A DNA stretch of 64,000 nt, taken from an uncultured Thermoleophilia bacterium (lineage in GTDB: Bacteria; Actinomycetota; Thermoleophilia; UBA2241). The DNA is taken from positions 160,001 to 224,000 of the forward strand of contig CAVQSP010000010.1 of NCBI GenBank assembly GCA_963715985.1, in the 5' to 3' direction. A program made the position numbers and the translations under genes. Below are positions 9,563-20,023 of this stretch, piece by piece (positions within the stretch are counted from its first letter, which is position 1; every line of letters begins with the position of its first letter). The notes under the pieces were generated by a model. That model was not told where the DNA came from and did not search any database. It saw only the letters and a program-made list of their open reading frames with translations.

Positions 9563-10659
9563 GACGGTGCCTCCTCGTCTGCTGGTGGAACGGGCCTGAC
9601 GCCTCCGGTGGCGTTGGGCGCGTCCTCGATGACGGCGGCGACGAACGCCGCCTCCGCCGCGGCCTTCGCGCCGCCTTCCGCGTCGCCCGCCTCGTCGACC
9701 TCGTGCTCGAGCGCCTCGCCGGTGACTCTGAGGAAGACGTCGTCGAGGCTCGGCTGTTCGATGTTCAGGCCCTGGAGCCTGATGTCTGCGCCGTCCAGGG
9801 CCCGCACCAGCTCCGGCACGTTCTCTGCCGCGCGCCCGAAGTACAGGCGCAGCTCGCGGTTGGCGGCCTGCCGGTTGGGAGCCACCGGCGCGAGCACGTC
9901 GTAGGCGCGCGCCGCGTCCTCGCAGGAGCCGAACTGCAGCTCCACGACCTCCTCGCCGACCTCGCGCTTGAGCTCCGCCGGCGTGCCCTGGGCGACGATG
10001 CGGCCCTTGTTGATGATGGCGACCTCGTCGGCCAGGCGATCGGCCTCCTCGAGGTACTGCGTGGTGAGGAAGATGGTCATGCCGAGCTCGTCGTTGAGGC
10101 GGCGCACCTCCTCCCAGATCGCCGCCCGGCTGGCCGGGTCCAGACCGGTGGTGGGCTCGTCGAGAAAGAGGATGCGGGGGTCGTGGACCAGGGCGAGCGC
10201 CAGGTCGAGGCGGCGCTTCATGCCGCCCGAGTACGAGCCCGACCGCTTGGCGGGGTCGACGTCGTCCAGTCCAACGAGGGCGAGCAGGCGTTCCGCCGTC
10301 TTCTTGCCCTCATCGCGCGGCGTGCCGAACAGCTGCGACTGCAGCAGGAGCAGCTCGCGCGCCGTCATCAGCGGGTCCAGGCCGACGTCCTGCAGCGCCA
10401 CGCCGATGGCCTTGCGCACCTTGCCGCCCTGCCGCTGCACGTCGTAGCCGGCCACGGTGGCGCGGCCGGCAGTGGGGTTCAGGATGGTGGTGAGGATCTT
10501 CACCAGGGTCGACTTGCCCGCGCCGTTCGGCCCCAGAAAGCCGAAGATGCGGCCGCCGGGGATCTCGAGGTCCACGCCGTCCACGGCGTGCAGCTTGCCG
10601 AAGTCCCGGCGCAGAGCCTGCGCGCTGATACTGCGGTCTTCGCCGTTGTGGTCGCTCAT
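9559..10659 (-). CDS. ABC exporter ATP-binding protein (DrrA-like)
   Basis: GPNGAGKST, YSGGMKRR, LFLDEPTTGLDP. Confidence 0.95.
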   Translation of the reverse strand: MSDHNGEDRSISAQALRRDFGKLHAVDGVDLEIPGGRIFGFLGPNGAGKSTLVKILTTILNPTAGRATVAGYDVQRQGGKVRKAIGVALQDVGLDPLMTARELLLLQSQLFGTPRDEGKKTAERLLALVGLDDVDPAKRSGSYSGGMKRRLDLALALVHDPRILFLDEPTTGLDPASRAAIWEEVRRLNDELGMTIFLTTQYLEEADRLADEVAIINKGRIVAQGTPAELKREVGEEVVELQFGSCEDAARAYDVLAPVAPNRQAANRELRLYFGRAAENVPELVRALDGADIRLQGLNIEQPSLDDVFLRVTGEALEHEVDEAGDAEGGAKAAAEAAFVAAVIEDAPNATGGVRPVPPADEEAPS

Positions 10660-10691
10660 CGGGGCTCCTCCATTTGCGCGCGCAACAAATT

Positions 10692-10705
10692 GTGAACGTG
10701 TTCAC
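10692..10705. promoter_or_regulatory. Palindromic operator GTGAAC-GT-GTTCAC (TetR-like)
   Basis: Inverted repeat in an AT-richer patch upstream of the ABC exporter. Confidence 0.5.
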
Positions 10706-10809
10706 GTGTTCCCCGACCGCGCGCGGGTCAATCCCGTGGCACGGTCGCCATCGGGTGATGCCCGTGGGACTGCCGGGTAGAACCCCGGCAACGATCGAGG
10801 AGGCGGACC

Positions 10810-12180
10810 ATGCCTGTGTTCGAGACGCGCGCTACCATGCCCGTCCCCGTGGACGAGCTGTTCGCGTACCATGCCCGACCGGGCGCGTTTGAACGGCTCG
10901 CTCCGCCGTGGCAGAAGCTGCGCGTCGTCGAGCAGACCGGCGGCATGGAGGACGGCGGCCGGGTGGCGTTCGACGTGTACGCCGGGCCGCTCAAGAAGCG
11001 CTGGGTCGCCGAGATGTCCGGGTTCGAGCCGGGCCGGCAGTTCGTGGACACACAGGTCTCCGGCCCGTTCTCCTCGTGGCGGCACACGCACCGCTTCCTG
11101 CCGGTCGACGAGACGACCAGCGAGCTCATCGACCACGTGGAGTACAGCCTGCCGGCCGGCGGGCTCACCGACTGGCTCGGTGAAGGGCCGGCCGGCAAGC
11201 AGATCGCGCGCCTCTTCGCCTTCCGCCAGGCGCGCACACGCATGGACCTCGAGCGTCACGCGCGGTGGTCCGGCGAGCCGCGCCTGCGCGTGGCCATCGC
11301 CGGCGCCAGCGGGTTCCTGGCCTCGAGCCTGGCCGTGTACCTCACGACCGCCGGCCACGACGTCGTCAAGCTCGTGCGCCGCGAGGCGGCCGGCCCGGCC
11401 GAGATCTCGTGGGACCCGGCCGCGGGTCGCCTCGACCCCGGCGCACTGGCCGGCGTGGACGCCGTGGTGAACCTGGCCGGCGCGACCATCGCGTCCTTGT
11501 GGACGGCCTCGCGTCGCGCCGCCATCATGGACAGCCGGGTGCAGGCCACCGAGACGCTCGTAGCTGCGATGTCCCGCATGGAGGCACCGCCCCGCGTGCT
11601 GGTCTCGGCCTCGGCCGTGGGCGCCTACGGTTCGCGCGGCGGCGTAGCACTCACGGAGGAGAGCGACCTCGGCGACGGCTTCCTGGCCGACGTCTGCCGC
11701 GCCTGGGAAGCGGCGGCGATGAAGGCCGCGGAGTCCGGCGTACGCGTGGTCACTCCTCGCTTCGGCATCGTCGTGAGCGCCTCGGCAGGGGCCGTGGCCA
11801 AGATGCTGCCCGCCTTCAGGGCCGGGCTCGGCACGCGACTCGGCGACGGCACCCAGTGGTGGAGCTGGGTCGACCTCGACGACGTGCTTGCGGCGCTCGA
11901 GTGGGCGCTGCACGACGGCGAGCTCGCCGCTGCGGTCAACGTCACGTCACCGGAGCCGGTGACCAACCTCGAGTTCACCAAGGTCCTCGGTCACGTGCTG
12001 CACCGCCCCGCGGTGCTGGCCGCGCCCGGCGCCGCCGTGTCGCGCGGCCTCGGCGGCATGGGACGGGAGATGTTCCTGGCCAGCCAGCGCGCGGTACCGA
12101 TGCGCCTCAACCAGCGCGGCTTCCGCTTCGCCTTCCCCGAGCTCGAGCCGGCGCTTCGGTACGAGCTCGGGCGTCCGTAG
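10810..12180 (+). CDS. SRPBCC domain fused to TIGR01777-family NAD-dependent epimerase
   Basis: N-terminal GPFSSWRHTHRF; IAGASGFL, VVNLAGATI, SASAVGAYG, WSWVDLDD. Confidence 0.9.
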   Translation: MPVFETRATMPVPVDELFAYHARPGAFERLAPPWQKLRVVEQTGGMEDGGRVAFDVYAGPLKKRWVAEMSGFEPGRQFVDTQVSGPFSSWRHTHRFLPVDETTSELIDHVEYSLPAGGLTDWLGEGPAGKQIARLFAFRQARTRMDLERHARWSGEPRLRVAIAGASGFLASSLAVYLTTAGHDVVKLVRREAAGPAEISWDPAAGRLDPGALAGVDAVVNLAGATIASLWTASRRAAIMDSRVQATETLVAAMSRMEAPPRVLVSASAVGAYGSRGGVALTEESDLGDGFLADVCRAWEAAAMKAAESGVRVVTPRFGIVVSASAGAVAKMLPAFRAGLGTRLGDGTQWWSWVDLDDVLAALEWALHDGELAAAVNVTSPEPVTNLEFTKVLGHVLHRPAVLAAPGAAVSRGLGGMGREMFLASQRAVPMRLNQRGFRFAFPELEPALRYELGRP

Positions 12181-12257
12181 GCCGAGCGGCCGGGAGGTCG
12201 CGGTGTGCCGGGCCGGGCGTCCGGTGGACTCCCCGCCCGCCCATCCGCCGGCCCGCG

Positions 12258-12894
12258 TCAATACGCGATGGCCACCGCATGCCCGATGTCGTCACCCAGA
12301 ACGAGCTGGTCGAGCATGAACTCGGCCACGTCGGCGCGTGCGATGCGCCGCCCGCCGGGTATCGAGAAGCCGGGCTCCACGCGGTACTCGCCGCGGGGCG
12401 GGCCGTCCGTGAGCCCGCCGGAGGCCCGTACGATGGTCCAGTCGAGCTGGCTCTGACGGACCGTGGTCTCCATGCGCCGCAGGTCGGCGTAGGCGGCGCG
12501 CAAGAAGAGGGGCTTGACCACAAGCTCGTGCACCCACGGCAGGTTGGGGTCGCGACCCGGCTGGGTGCCTCCCGCCGAGAGGACGACCAGGCGGCGCACG
12601 CCGTAGCGCTGCATGGAGCGGACCGCGTTGAGGGTGCCCAGCGAGTTCACCGGCGGGTCGCTCTTCTTCATCGCCACGCCAAGCGCGACCAGAACAGCGT
12701 CCTGCCCGTCGACGGCGTCGCTCACCACACCGCCGTCGAGGACGTCGCCGCGGACCACGCGCACTGCTGGCGGCAAGCGTGCCCAGCCGGTCGGGGGCGC
12801 GGACCAGCGCGGTCACCGTGTGACCGCGCTCCACCGCGCCCGCCGCCAGCAGCCGGCCCGTGCGGCCGGTGGCTCCGATGACGAGGACGTTCAT
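12258..12894 (-). CDS. NAD(P)-binding flavin-reductase-like atypical SDR, frameshift near 12775
   Basis: VIGATGRTG N-terminus and LDWTIVR / IARADVA C-terminus in different frames. Confidence 0.82.
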
Positions 12895-12945
12895 GGCAGT
12901 CGATGCTACCAGCCGGCGACCCCGCGCAGCGCCCGCGCCCGTCCA

Positions 12946-13659
12946 CTAGGCGCTCGCCAGCAGGTCGAGATAGGTGGCGGAGTCGAAGCCGCGGAGGACC
13001 TTCTTGGCCTCCACCAGCCAATCGCCTGCCGATGCGATCTGGCCGGGGTCACGGGTGTTGGGATAGGCGCCCAAGGCGAAGAGTGCCGCGCCCATGGAGT
13101 CGCGCTGTTCGTCGAGCATCGTCATCTTGCCTTGGTACGCCGAGTCGTGGAACACGCTCCAGTCGGGCGGCTGTTCGAAGACGGTGGTGTCGAAGCCGAT
13201 CCCGGTGGTGCCGGTCGCCCATGGCACGCTGAAGCGGTTGCCGGGGTCGAACGGCTCCGCACGGAACGCAGGGGCGAGGTTGTCCAGGCTGGTCACGATC
13301 GCCCGGTCGAGAAGCTGGAGCTGGTCGAGCTGGCGCAGACGCTCCAGCAGGTACTCGGAGGGGACGATGAGGTCGAACGTCGTCGCCTTACGCCCCTTGC
13401 GCCGCTTGACCTCCGCCAGCGCCAGGCGATCGGCCAGTTCATCGTTCGACGCGTAGGTCTCGTAGGTGACCTGCAGCCCGGTCTGATCGGTGAAATCGGT
13501 GAGGATGGTGGGGTCGATATAGTCCTGCCAGTTGAGGAAGTCGATGCGGCTCGCATCGGGGTTGCCGCAGGCCGCGAGCAGTGGCGAGAGCCACAGCGCC
13601 GCGCCGCCGACCACCCCCAGCTCGAGGAGTCGCCTGCGCGTGATCCGCGACCCGTCCAT
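12946..13659 (-). pseudogene. C-terminally truncated PotD/PotF-like polyamine-binding lipoprotein
   Basis: Tat-like TRRRLL and LAAC lipobox, NWQDYID, SVPWATGTTGI; stops at 237 aa with no continuation seen. Confidence 0.72.
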
Positions 13660-13662
13660 GGC

Positions 13663-14172
13663 CTAGGTCACCACCATGACCGGTACGCTCGCGTGCCGGG
13701 AGACTTTGTCCGCCACACCGCCGGCCATGACCCGGCGCAGCTTGTCGACCCCACTTCCGACCTCATGGCTCAGGCCCTGCCGGCCCATGATGATGAGGTC
13801 GGCCTCCTCCTCCTCGGCGATCTGGAGGATGCCCTCCGCCACATCTCCGCGGATCACGACGCCTCTCGCCCGCACGCCCTTCTCGTGCAGGAGCTGGACC
13901 GATTCCTCCGCAAGGCTCTGCGCCTCTTCGCGAAGACCCGCCTTCACGTCCTCGACGAACGCCGCGCCGCGTCCGCGCATGGTGAGGGGCGGGTCGAAAG
14001 CCACCACCACCACGACCTCGGCGTCGCAGTCGCGGGCCGACAACACGGACCAGGCGAGCGCACGCTCCGCGGAGTGCGAGCCGTCGAACGGCACCAGGAT
14101 CCGGCCGGGAGGCGGCACGTCGGGAATGACGACCGGAGCGTCCCAGTCGTCGGGACGCGCGTACTGTGTCAT
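13663..14172 (-). CDS. Universal stress protein
   Basis: ILVPFDGS, ADLIIMGRQG, GGVADKVSRHASVPVMVV. Confidence 0.9.
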   Translation of the reverse strand: MTQYARPDDWDAPVVIPDVPPPGRILVPFDGSHSAERALAWSVLSARDCDAEVVVVVAFDPPLTMRGRGAAFVEDVKAGLREEAQSLAEESVQLLHEKGVRARGVVIRGDVAEGILQIAEEEEADLIIMGRQGLSHEVGSGVDKLRRVMAGGVADKVSRHASVPVMVVT

Positions 14173-15484
14173 GGCGATCCCTCCTCCGTGGCCGGCCCCG
14201 AGAGCCGCTCCGGGCCGTTGCGGCCGATGTCGCGCAATGCACTCGTCTCGAAATCGAAGACCTTGTCGATGCCGCGCCGGCGCTTCGAAGGGCGCAGCAC
14301 GTAGTACATGATGGGCCCCGTCGCCAGGCCGATGGCGGCCCAGCCGATGCCCTGCACGGCGCCTACGTCGAGCACCTGGAAGTACACCGCGGCCGCGATC
14401 ACGAGCGCCGGGAAGAGAGTCACCAGCCCGACGCCGACCCATCCTCCGGGGATCCGGAACGGCCGCGAGATGTCGGGGCGTGTCTTCCGGAGCACGATCA
14501 GTGAAGCGAATTCGAGCAGAAGCGCACAGGCGTAGATGGTGACGTCGATCGCCACGAGGCTGCCGAAGGCGGACAGCACGAGGACCGTGCAGATCGAAGC
14601 CTGGATGATGATGGCCCGGGACGGCGTGCGAAAGCGGGGATGGAGTCTCGTGAGCCACGGGGAGAGGTAGCCGTCCTCGGCCAGTGAGAACGGGATGCGA
14701 CTGTATTGGAGCAGCCACGCGGAGTAGAGGCCGATGGCGGAGATCATCGCGGTGATCGTCATCACCGTGCCGAGCCATGGACCGCCGACCTCGGCGGCGA
14801 TCACGTTGTACGCGCCGGCCGTCCAGTCGACGTTGGTGGTGCCCACGACGGCCAGGCACACGAGCGTCGGGATGAGGTAGATCAGGGTGATGACGGGCAG
14901 CGTGATGGCCAGCGCTCGCGGGTAGTCGCGCCGCGGATCGCGGATCTCGCCCATGACCGTCGAGAGGCCGTCCCAGCCCATGTAGTTCCACATGACGACG
15001 AACAGACCAGCGCCGAACGCCGTGGGCACGCTCAGTCCCTCGAACGTGAACGGCACGAAGGGGTTGTACTGCATCTTGAAGAGTCCGAGGACCGTCACGA
15101 TGACGAACGGCAGCAGCACGATCACGAGGAAGAGCTTGGAGGAGTCACGGACCACGGTCGCTCCGCGGATGTTGACGTAGGCGAACACCCAGACGAGCGC
15201 CACGGCCACCAGCGAGCGGATGAGCTGGTTCTCCTGAAGCACCGGGAAGAAGTACGCGGAGTAGTCGACGAACAGTACCGGGTAGAGCGCCAGGTCGACG
15301 ATGCCTGTGACCCACATCCACCAGGTGAGGTTGAAGCCCCAGAACGGCCCGAGCGCGCTCTTGCCCCAGTGGTAGTACCCGCCCTCCGCCGGGATCGCCG
15401 TCGCCAGCTCGGCGACCATGAGCGCCGTGGGCAGGCTCCAGATGATCGGCGCGATCATGATGAGCAGCAGCAGGGCGGGCGACG
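14169..15484 (-). pseudogene. APC-family amino acid/polyamine permease lacking its first TM segment
   Basis: IWSLPTALMVAELATAIPAEGGYYHW, WNYMGWD, RPFRIPGG; no N-terminal GGPxG helix upstream. Confidence 0.7.
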
Positions 15485-15536
15485 CATCAACGGGGCCGGC
15501 GCATCGTGGCGCGCAGAGGGACGGTATCATCGGGTC

Positions 15537-16224
15537 ATGAGCATCGACCTCTCCGGCAAGGTCGTCCTGGTCACCGGGGCGAGCATGGGCATCGGCCGCG
15601 AGACCGCGCTGCAGTTCGCCGCGGCCGGCAGCCTGCTGGCGCTGACGTACTTCGAGCACCGCGACGAGATCGAGGAGGTCGCCGAGCTGTGCCGCACGCT
15701 CGGCTCGCCCGATGTGTTCACGGCCTCGCTGCAGCTCGCCGACGACGACAGCATCCGCACGCTGTTGGAGAAGGTCGTCGCCCACTTCGCCGCCGTGGAC
15801 GTCCTCGTGCACAACGCCGGCGTCATCGACTGGCGCCGGTTCCTCGGACCAGGACTTCGGCGCCATCGAGGGCCAGCTGGCGGTGAACCTCGAGGGCACG
15901 ATGAAGCTCACCTGGGTGTTCCTGCCGATGGTCAGGGACACCATGATCGCCATCGGCAGCACGGCGACCCTGCACGACTCGCGCACGCCGCCCACGTACT
16001 GCGCCACCAAGTGGGGTCTGCGCGGCTTCTTCAAAGCGCTGGCGCTCGAGCGCCCGGGCAAGCGCTTCGTCCTCGTACACCCTACGGGCACGGCGACGCG
16101 CATGAACGAGATGCAGGGCATGCCGCCGGAGCGCGTCGCCGACGTGGTGGTGCGGATCGCCGCCGGGGACATCCCGGTGGCGTCGGGCGGCGACGTGGAC
16201 ATGCGGGACTACATCGAGGGCTGA
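15537..16224 (+). CDS. Short-chain dehydrogenase/reductase, frameshift near 15845
   Basis: TGASMGIG, HNAG, YCATKWG; halves in two frames. Confidence 0.85.
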
Positions 16225-16271
16225 GGAGGGAGCGGGCGGGCGCTGTCGCGCCCGCCCACGTGATGCGAGGA

Positions 16272-16303
16272 GGGGCCGGGGCGGCTTGCGCCGCCCCGGC
16301 CCC
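16272..16303. terminator. GC-rich hairpin between convergent genes
   Basis: ggggccggggcggc-ttgc-gccgccccggcccc. Confidence 0.6.
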
Positions 16304-16339
16304 GTCGCATGGAGGCCCGGCTCCCAGGAGTAAGAGCCG

Positions 16340-18899
16340 TCACTCGTACTGGATGGCCTCCAGGATCCTCGTGCCGGCGGCGCGGCGCGCCGGCAGCACC
16401 GCCGCGATCACGCCGACGACCACGGAGAGCACGAGGAAGACCGCGAGCTGCGTGTACGGCAGGCTGAAGGTCAGCCCGTCGCCGCCCAGCTGGGTGACGA
16501 ACACGTAGGCCATGGCGATGCCGACCGCCGTGCCGAGCACCCCGCCGATCACGGCGGTGATGACGCTCTCGTAGCGCACCATCTGGCGGAGCTGTCGCCG
16601 GGTGGCGCCGATGGCGCGCAGCATGCCGATCTCGCGCGTCCGCTCGTGGACGCTCAGCACCAGGGTGTTGACGATGCCGAAGATCGAGATGATGACGCTC
16701 ATCGCGAGCAGACCGTAGAACATCATCAGGATCTGGTCGACCTGCTTGTTGATCGTGTCGAGATACTCGCCCTTGGTCATGACCTTCTGCGTCGGGAAGG
16801 CCGACAGCGCCTTCCGCACCGCGTCCTGCGTCGCTTCGACGTTGGCGCCGTCCTGCATGCGCACCATCGTGATGACGGATGCGGTCGGCAGGTCGAGGGC
16901 CTTGAAGGCGTCCAGGCTGGTGACCATGCCCGTGAACGCCATCTGGTCGCGGTAGAAGCCGAGCACGGTGAACTGGGCCTTCTTGCTGCCCTGCGTCATC
17001 ACGGTGATGGTGTCGCCTGCCTTGACCTTGTCCGCGAGTGGCGAGCCGTCCTCGAGCAGGACGTGGTGGGCGTCAAGCCTGGCGAAGAGGGCGTCGCTGC
17101 CGCCGTGCTTCCAGTCGAGCGCCCAGACGCGGGCGAAGACGGCGGGGTCGACGGCGTAGGCGCTCATGACCCCGCCCTTCTTGACCTTGACATCGGCGTA
17201 GCCGGTGCCGGCGGCGGTGTCGACGCCCTGGACGGCGTCCAGAGAGCGGATGGTCTTCTGCGGCACGCCCATGAACGCGGTGCGGTCCTGTGCGACCAGC
17301 TCTGCCCGCGTGGACTTCTCGATCGCGCCTCCGAACGAGCTCTTCATGAGCCTGGGCGAACACGGCGATGAACACGACCAGGGCGAGGCCGATCATGAGC
17401 GCGGCGGCCGTGGCGGCCGTGCGGCTCGGGTTGCGGCCGGCGTTGTCGCGGGCCAGACGGCCGCTGGTGGGCGCCAGCTTCTCCAGCGGCCAGCCGATGA
17501 CCCGGCTTGCCGGCCGCACGATGTACTTCGCCAGCATCGCGATGGCGACGAAGAGGAGCAGCGCGCCGATGCCCATGGAGAGCAGACGGTTGTTGGTCGC
17601 CCCGTCGCTGAAGATGCCGTAGGCGAGCGAGGCGGCGCCGAGGGCGGCGATGGCCACGGCGATCGCCGTCGTGAACTTCGTGAAGCGGGTCGGCGGCAGG
17701 GCCGCGCCCTCCTGGAGGGCGGCCACCGGCGGTACGCGCGTCGCGCGCATGGCCGGAGCCAGGGCGGAGACCAGGGTCACGCCGACGCCGACGAGTGCGG
17801 CGATGAGGATCGTCCGCGGCTCGAGGGCGATGCCGGCGGTCGGGATGTCGGCACCCATCGCCTTGAAGAGCGCGTTGATGCCCTTGGCGACGCCGAGGCC
17901 GGCGACGATGCCGGCGGCGGAGGCGAGTACGCCCAGCGTGAGCGCCTCGGCGACCACGGAGCGGAGCACCTGGCGCCGGCTGGCGCCGAGGGCGCGCAGC
18001 ATGGCGAACTCGCGGCGCCGCTGCGCCACAGTGATGCTGAAGGCGTTGAAGATGATGAACGCGCCGACGAAGACGGAGACGCCGGCGAACGCGAGGAGGA
18101 TCGGCGTGAGGAAGCCGGTGATGGAGGCGGCCGTTTCGCTGGTCGCGTCGGCGGCCGCCTGCTCGCCGGTCTTGACACTCACCGTCGCCGGCACGACGGT
18201 CTTGACGCGCGCGGCGAGCTCCTTGGGGGTCACGCCGGGGTCGGCGGCGATCGAGACGCCGCTCAGCTTGCCCGGCTCGCGGCCCCAGCGCTGCACGTCC
18301 TGCAGCCTGCCGGCGATCACGATGGTGCCGCCCATGGAGCCGGACTCGCCCCACGTGAACACGCCGGTGACCTTGACGTGCTGCAGGCCGGCCGCGGCGG
18401 CGACGTCGAAGCTGTCGCCCGGCTTCAGGCCTTCCTTGTCGGCGAAGCTCTTGATGATGCTGACTTCGTTGGCTGCCTGCGCGTCGCGCCCGGCGACGAG
18501 ACGGGCCTGGTTGAAGGGCGGGCCCGGGTTCGTGGTCAGCAGGGTCGGGGCGCCGCCGGTCTGGACGGTCTTGCCGTCCACGATCGCGGCGCCCAGCGTC
18601 TGGTACGTGCCGGCGGCCCTGGCGACGCCCGGCACCCCCTGGATCTGCGCGAGCATCGTGGTGTTCAGCGTCTGTGGGGTGGTGCCGCTGCTGTCCATCG
18701 CGGTGAACGCCGTCTTGGGTGACACCTGCACGGCGGTACCTTTGAACGACGTCTGGAAGATGTTGGCGAATCCGTTGTCGATCTGATCTGTCAGCACGTA
18801 CGTGCCGGTGATCATCGCCACGCCGAGCAGGATCGCCAGAAGCGTGAGGACGGTCCGGAGTGGCCGGCTGGCCAGGCTGCGGAAGGCGAGGCGGGTCAT
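16340..18899 (-). CDS. FtsX/MacB-like ABC permease with two FtsX units, frameshift near 17350
   Basis: [14 protein letters not shown] and [14 protein letters not shown] motifs. Confidence 0.88.
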
Positions 18900-19738
18900 C
18901 GGACCACCTCGAGATTCTTGATGGTGTCGTAGATGGCGTCGCGGGTCATGCGGTCCTCGTCCAGCTCGATGAGGCCGTCTTTGAGGAAGACGACGCGGTC
19001 GGCGATGCTGGCCGCGCTGGCGTCGTGCGTGACCATGATCACGGTCTGGCCGAACTCGTCGACGCTGCGGCGGAGCAGGTCGAGGACCTCGCCGCCGGTA
19101 CGCGAGTCGAGGTTGCCGGTGGGCTCGTCGGCGAACAGGACGGCCGGCCGGGTGATGAGCGCGCGGGCGACGGCGACGCGCTGCTGCTGGCCGCCGGAGA
19201 GCTCGGAGGGACGGTGCGTGAGGCGGTCCTGCAGGCCGACGGCCTCGATGACCGCGCGCCGCCAGGCCTCGTCCGCGCGGCGGCGGGCGAGCGAGAGCGG
19301 CAGGACGATGTTCTCGTCCGCGGTCAGCGTCGCCAGCAGGTTGAAGCTCTGGAAGATGAAGCCGATCTTGTCGCGGCGCAGCTGCGTGAGCTTCTTCTCC
19401 TTGAGCCGGGTGATCTCGACGCCGTCGATGCTGACCCGGCCACTCGTCGGCTGGTCGAGGCCGGCGAGGATGTGCATGAGCGTGCTCTTGCCGGAGCCGG
19501 AGGGGCCCATGATGGCCGTGAGCCGGCCCTCGGTGATGTCGATGTCGACGTCGCACAGGGCGTGCACGGCGGCGTCGCCCTTGCCGTAGGTGCGCGAGAG
19601 GCCGCGCGCCGTGACGACGGCGCGGCCGGGACCCCGCTCGGTGAAGAGCGACTCGCCGGTGAACTCATGCTCGAGCCGGGCGAGCGTCTCAGTAGCCTGG
19701 TCGATTCGTTCGCGCTCGGGAATGGTGGTGGTCTGCAT
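18896..19738 (-). CDS. LolD/MacB-type ABC ATP-binding protein
   Basis: [27 protein letters not shown]; AGGAGG RBS. Confidence 0.95.
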   Translation of the reverse strand: MQTTTIPERERIDQATETLARLEHEFTGESLFTERGPGRAVVTARGLSRTYGKGDAAVHALCDVDIDITEGRLTAIMGPSGSGKSTLMHILAGLDQPTSGRVSIDGVEITRLKEKKLTQLRRDKIGFIFQSFNLLATLTADENIVLPLSLARRRADEAWRRAVIEAVGLQDRLTHRPSELSGGQQQRVAVARALITRPAVLFADEPTGNLDSRTGGEVLDLLRRSVDEFGQTVIMVTHDASAASIADRVVFLKDGLIELDEDRMTRDAIYDTIKNLEVVR

Positions 19739-19930
19739 GATGTCTCCTCCTGAGTGACTTGCCTGAGGAGAACCTACGACCGCCGGTCGCGCTGCGAATC
19801 GCCCGGCGGTGGTCAATCGTGCGGGCGCCGGGGAGGGATATTCGCGCCCGCGCGCCGGCCCCGGTGGGGGGCGGGCGGCTACCCCGCCCGGGAGAGCCGG
19901 TCGCGGCAGGGGTACGCGGCCGGGGCGAGA

Positions 19931-19974
19931 TGTGCGAAGGGCGGCGAGGCCTCAGCCTCGCCGCCCTTCGCACA
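19931..19974 (-). terminator. 20-bp-stem hairpin downstream of fdh
   Basis: tgtgcgaagggcggcgaggc-ctca-gcctcgccgcccttcgcaca. Confidence 0.7.
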
Positions 19975-20023
19975 CACTACCCCGGCCGGGGTAGGCCGGA
20001 CTCTTGTTGCGGATGCCGCGCCG

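Noticed and set aside
12946-12948. TAG read-through (pyrrolysine) in the PotD-like gene
   Set aside because: The sequence after the TAG does not continue PotD similarity and runs into the next gene's promoter
19879-19994. CTACCCCGGCCGGGGTAG palindrome and a degenerate copy as a CsoR- or NarL-type operator
   Set aside because: The perfect copy lies between the fdh stop and its terminator, the spacing differs from known CsoR boxes, and GC-rich palindromes arise readily
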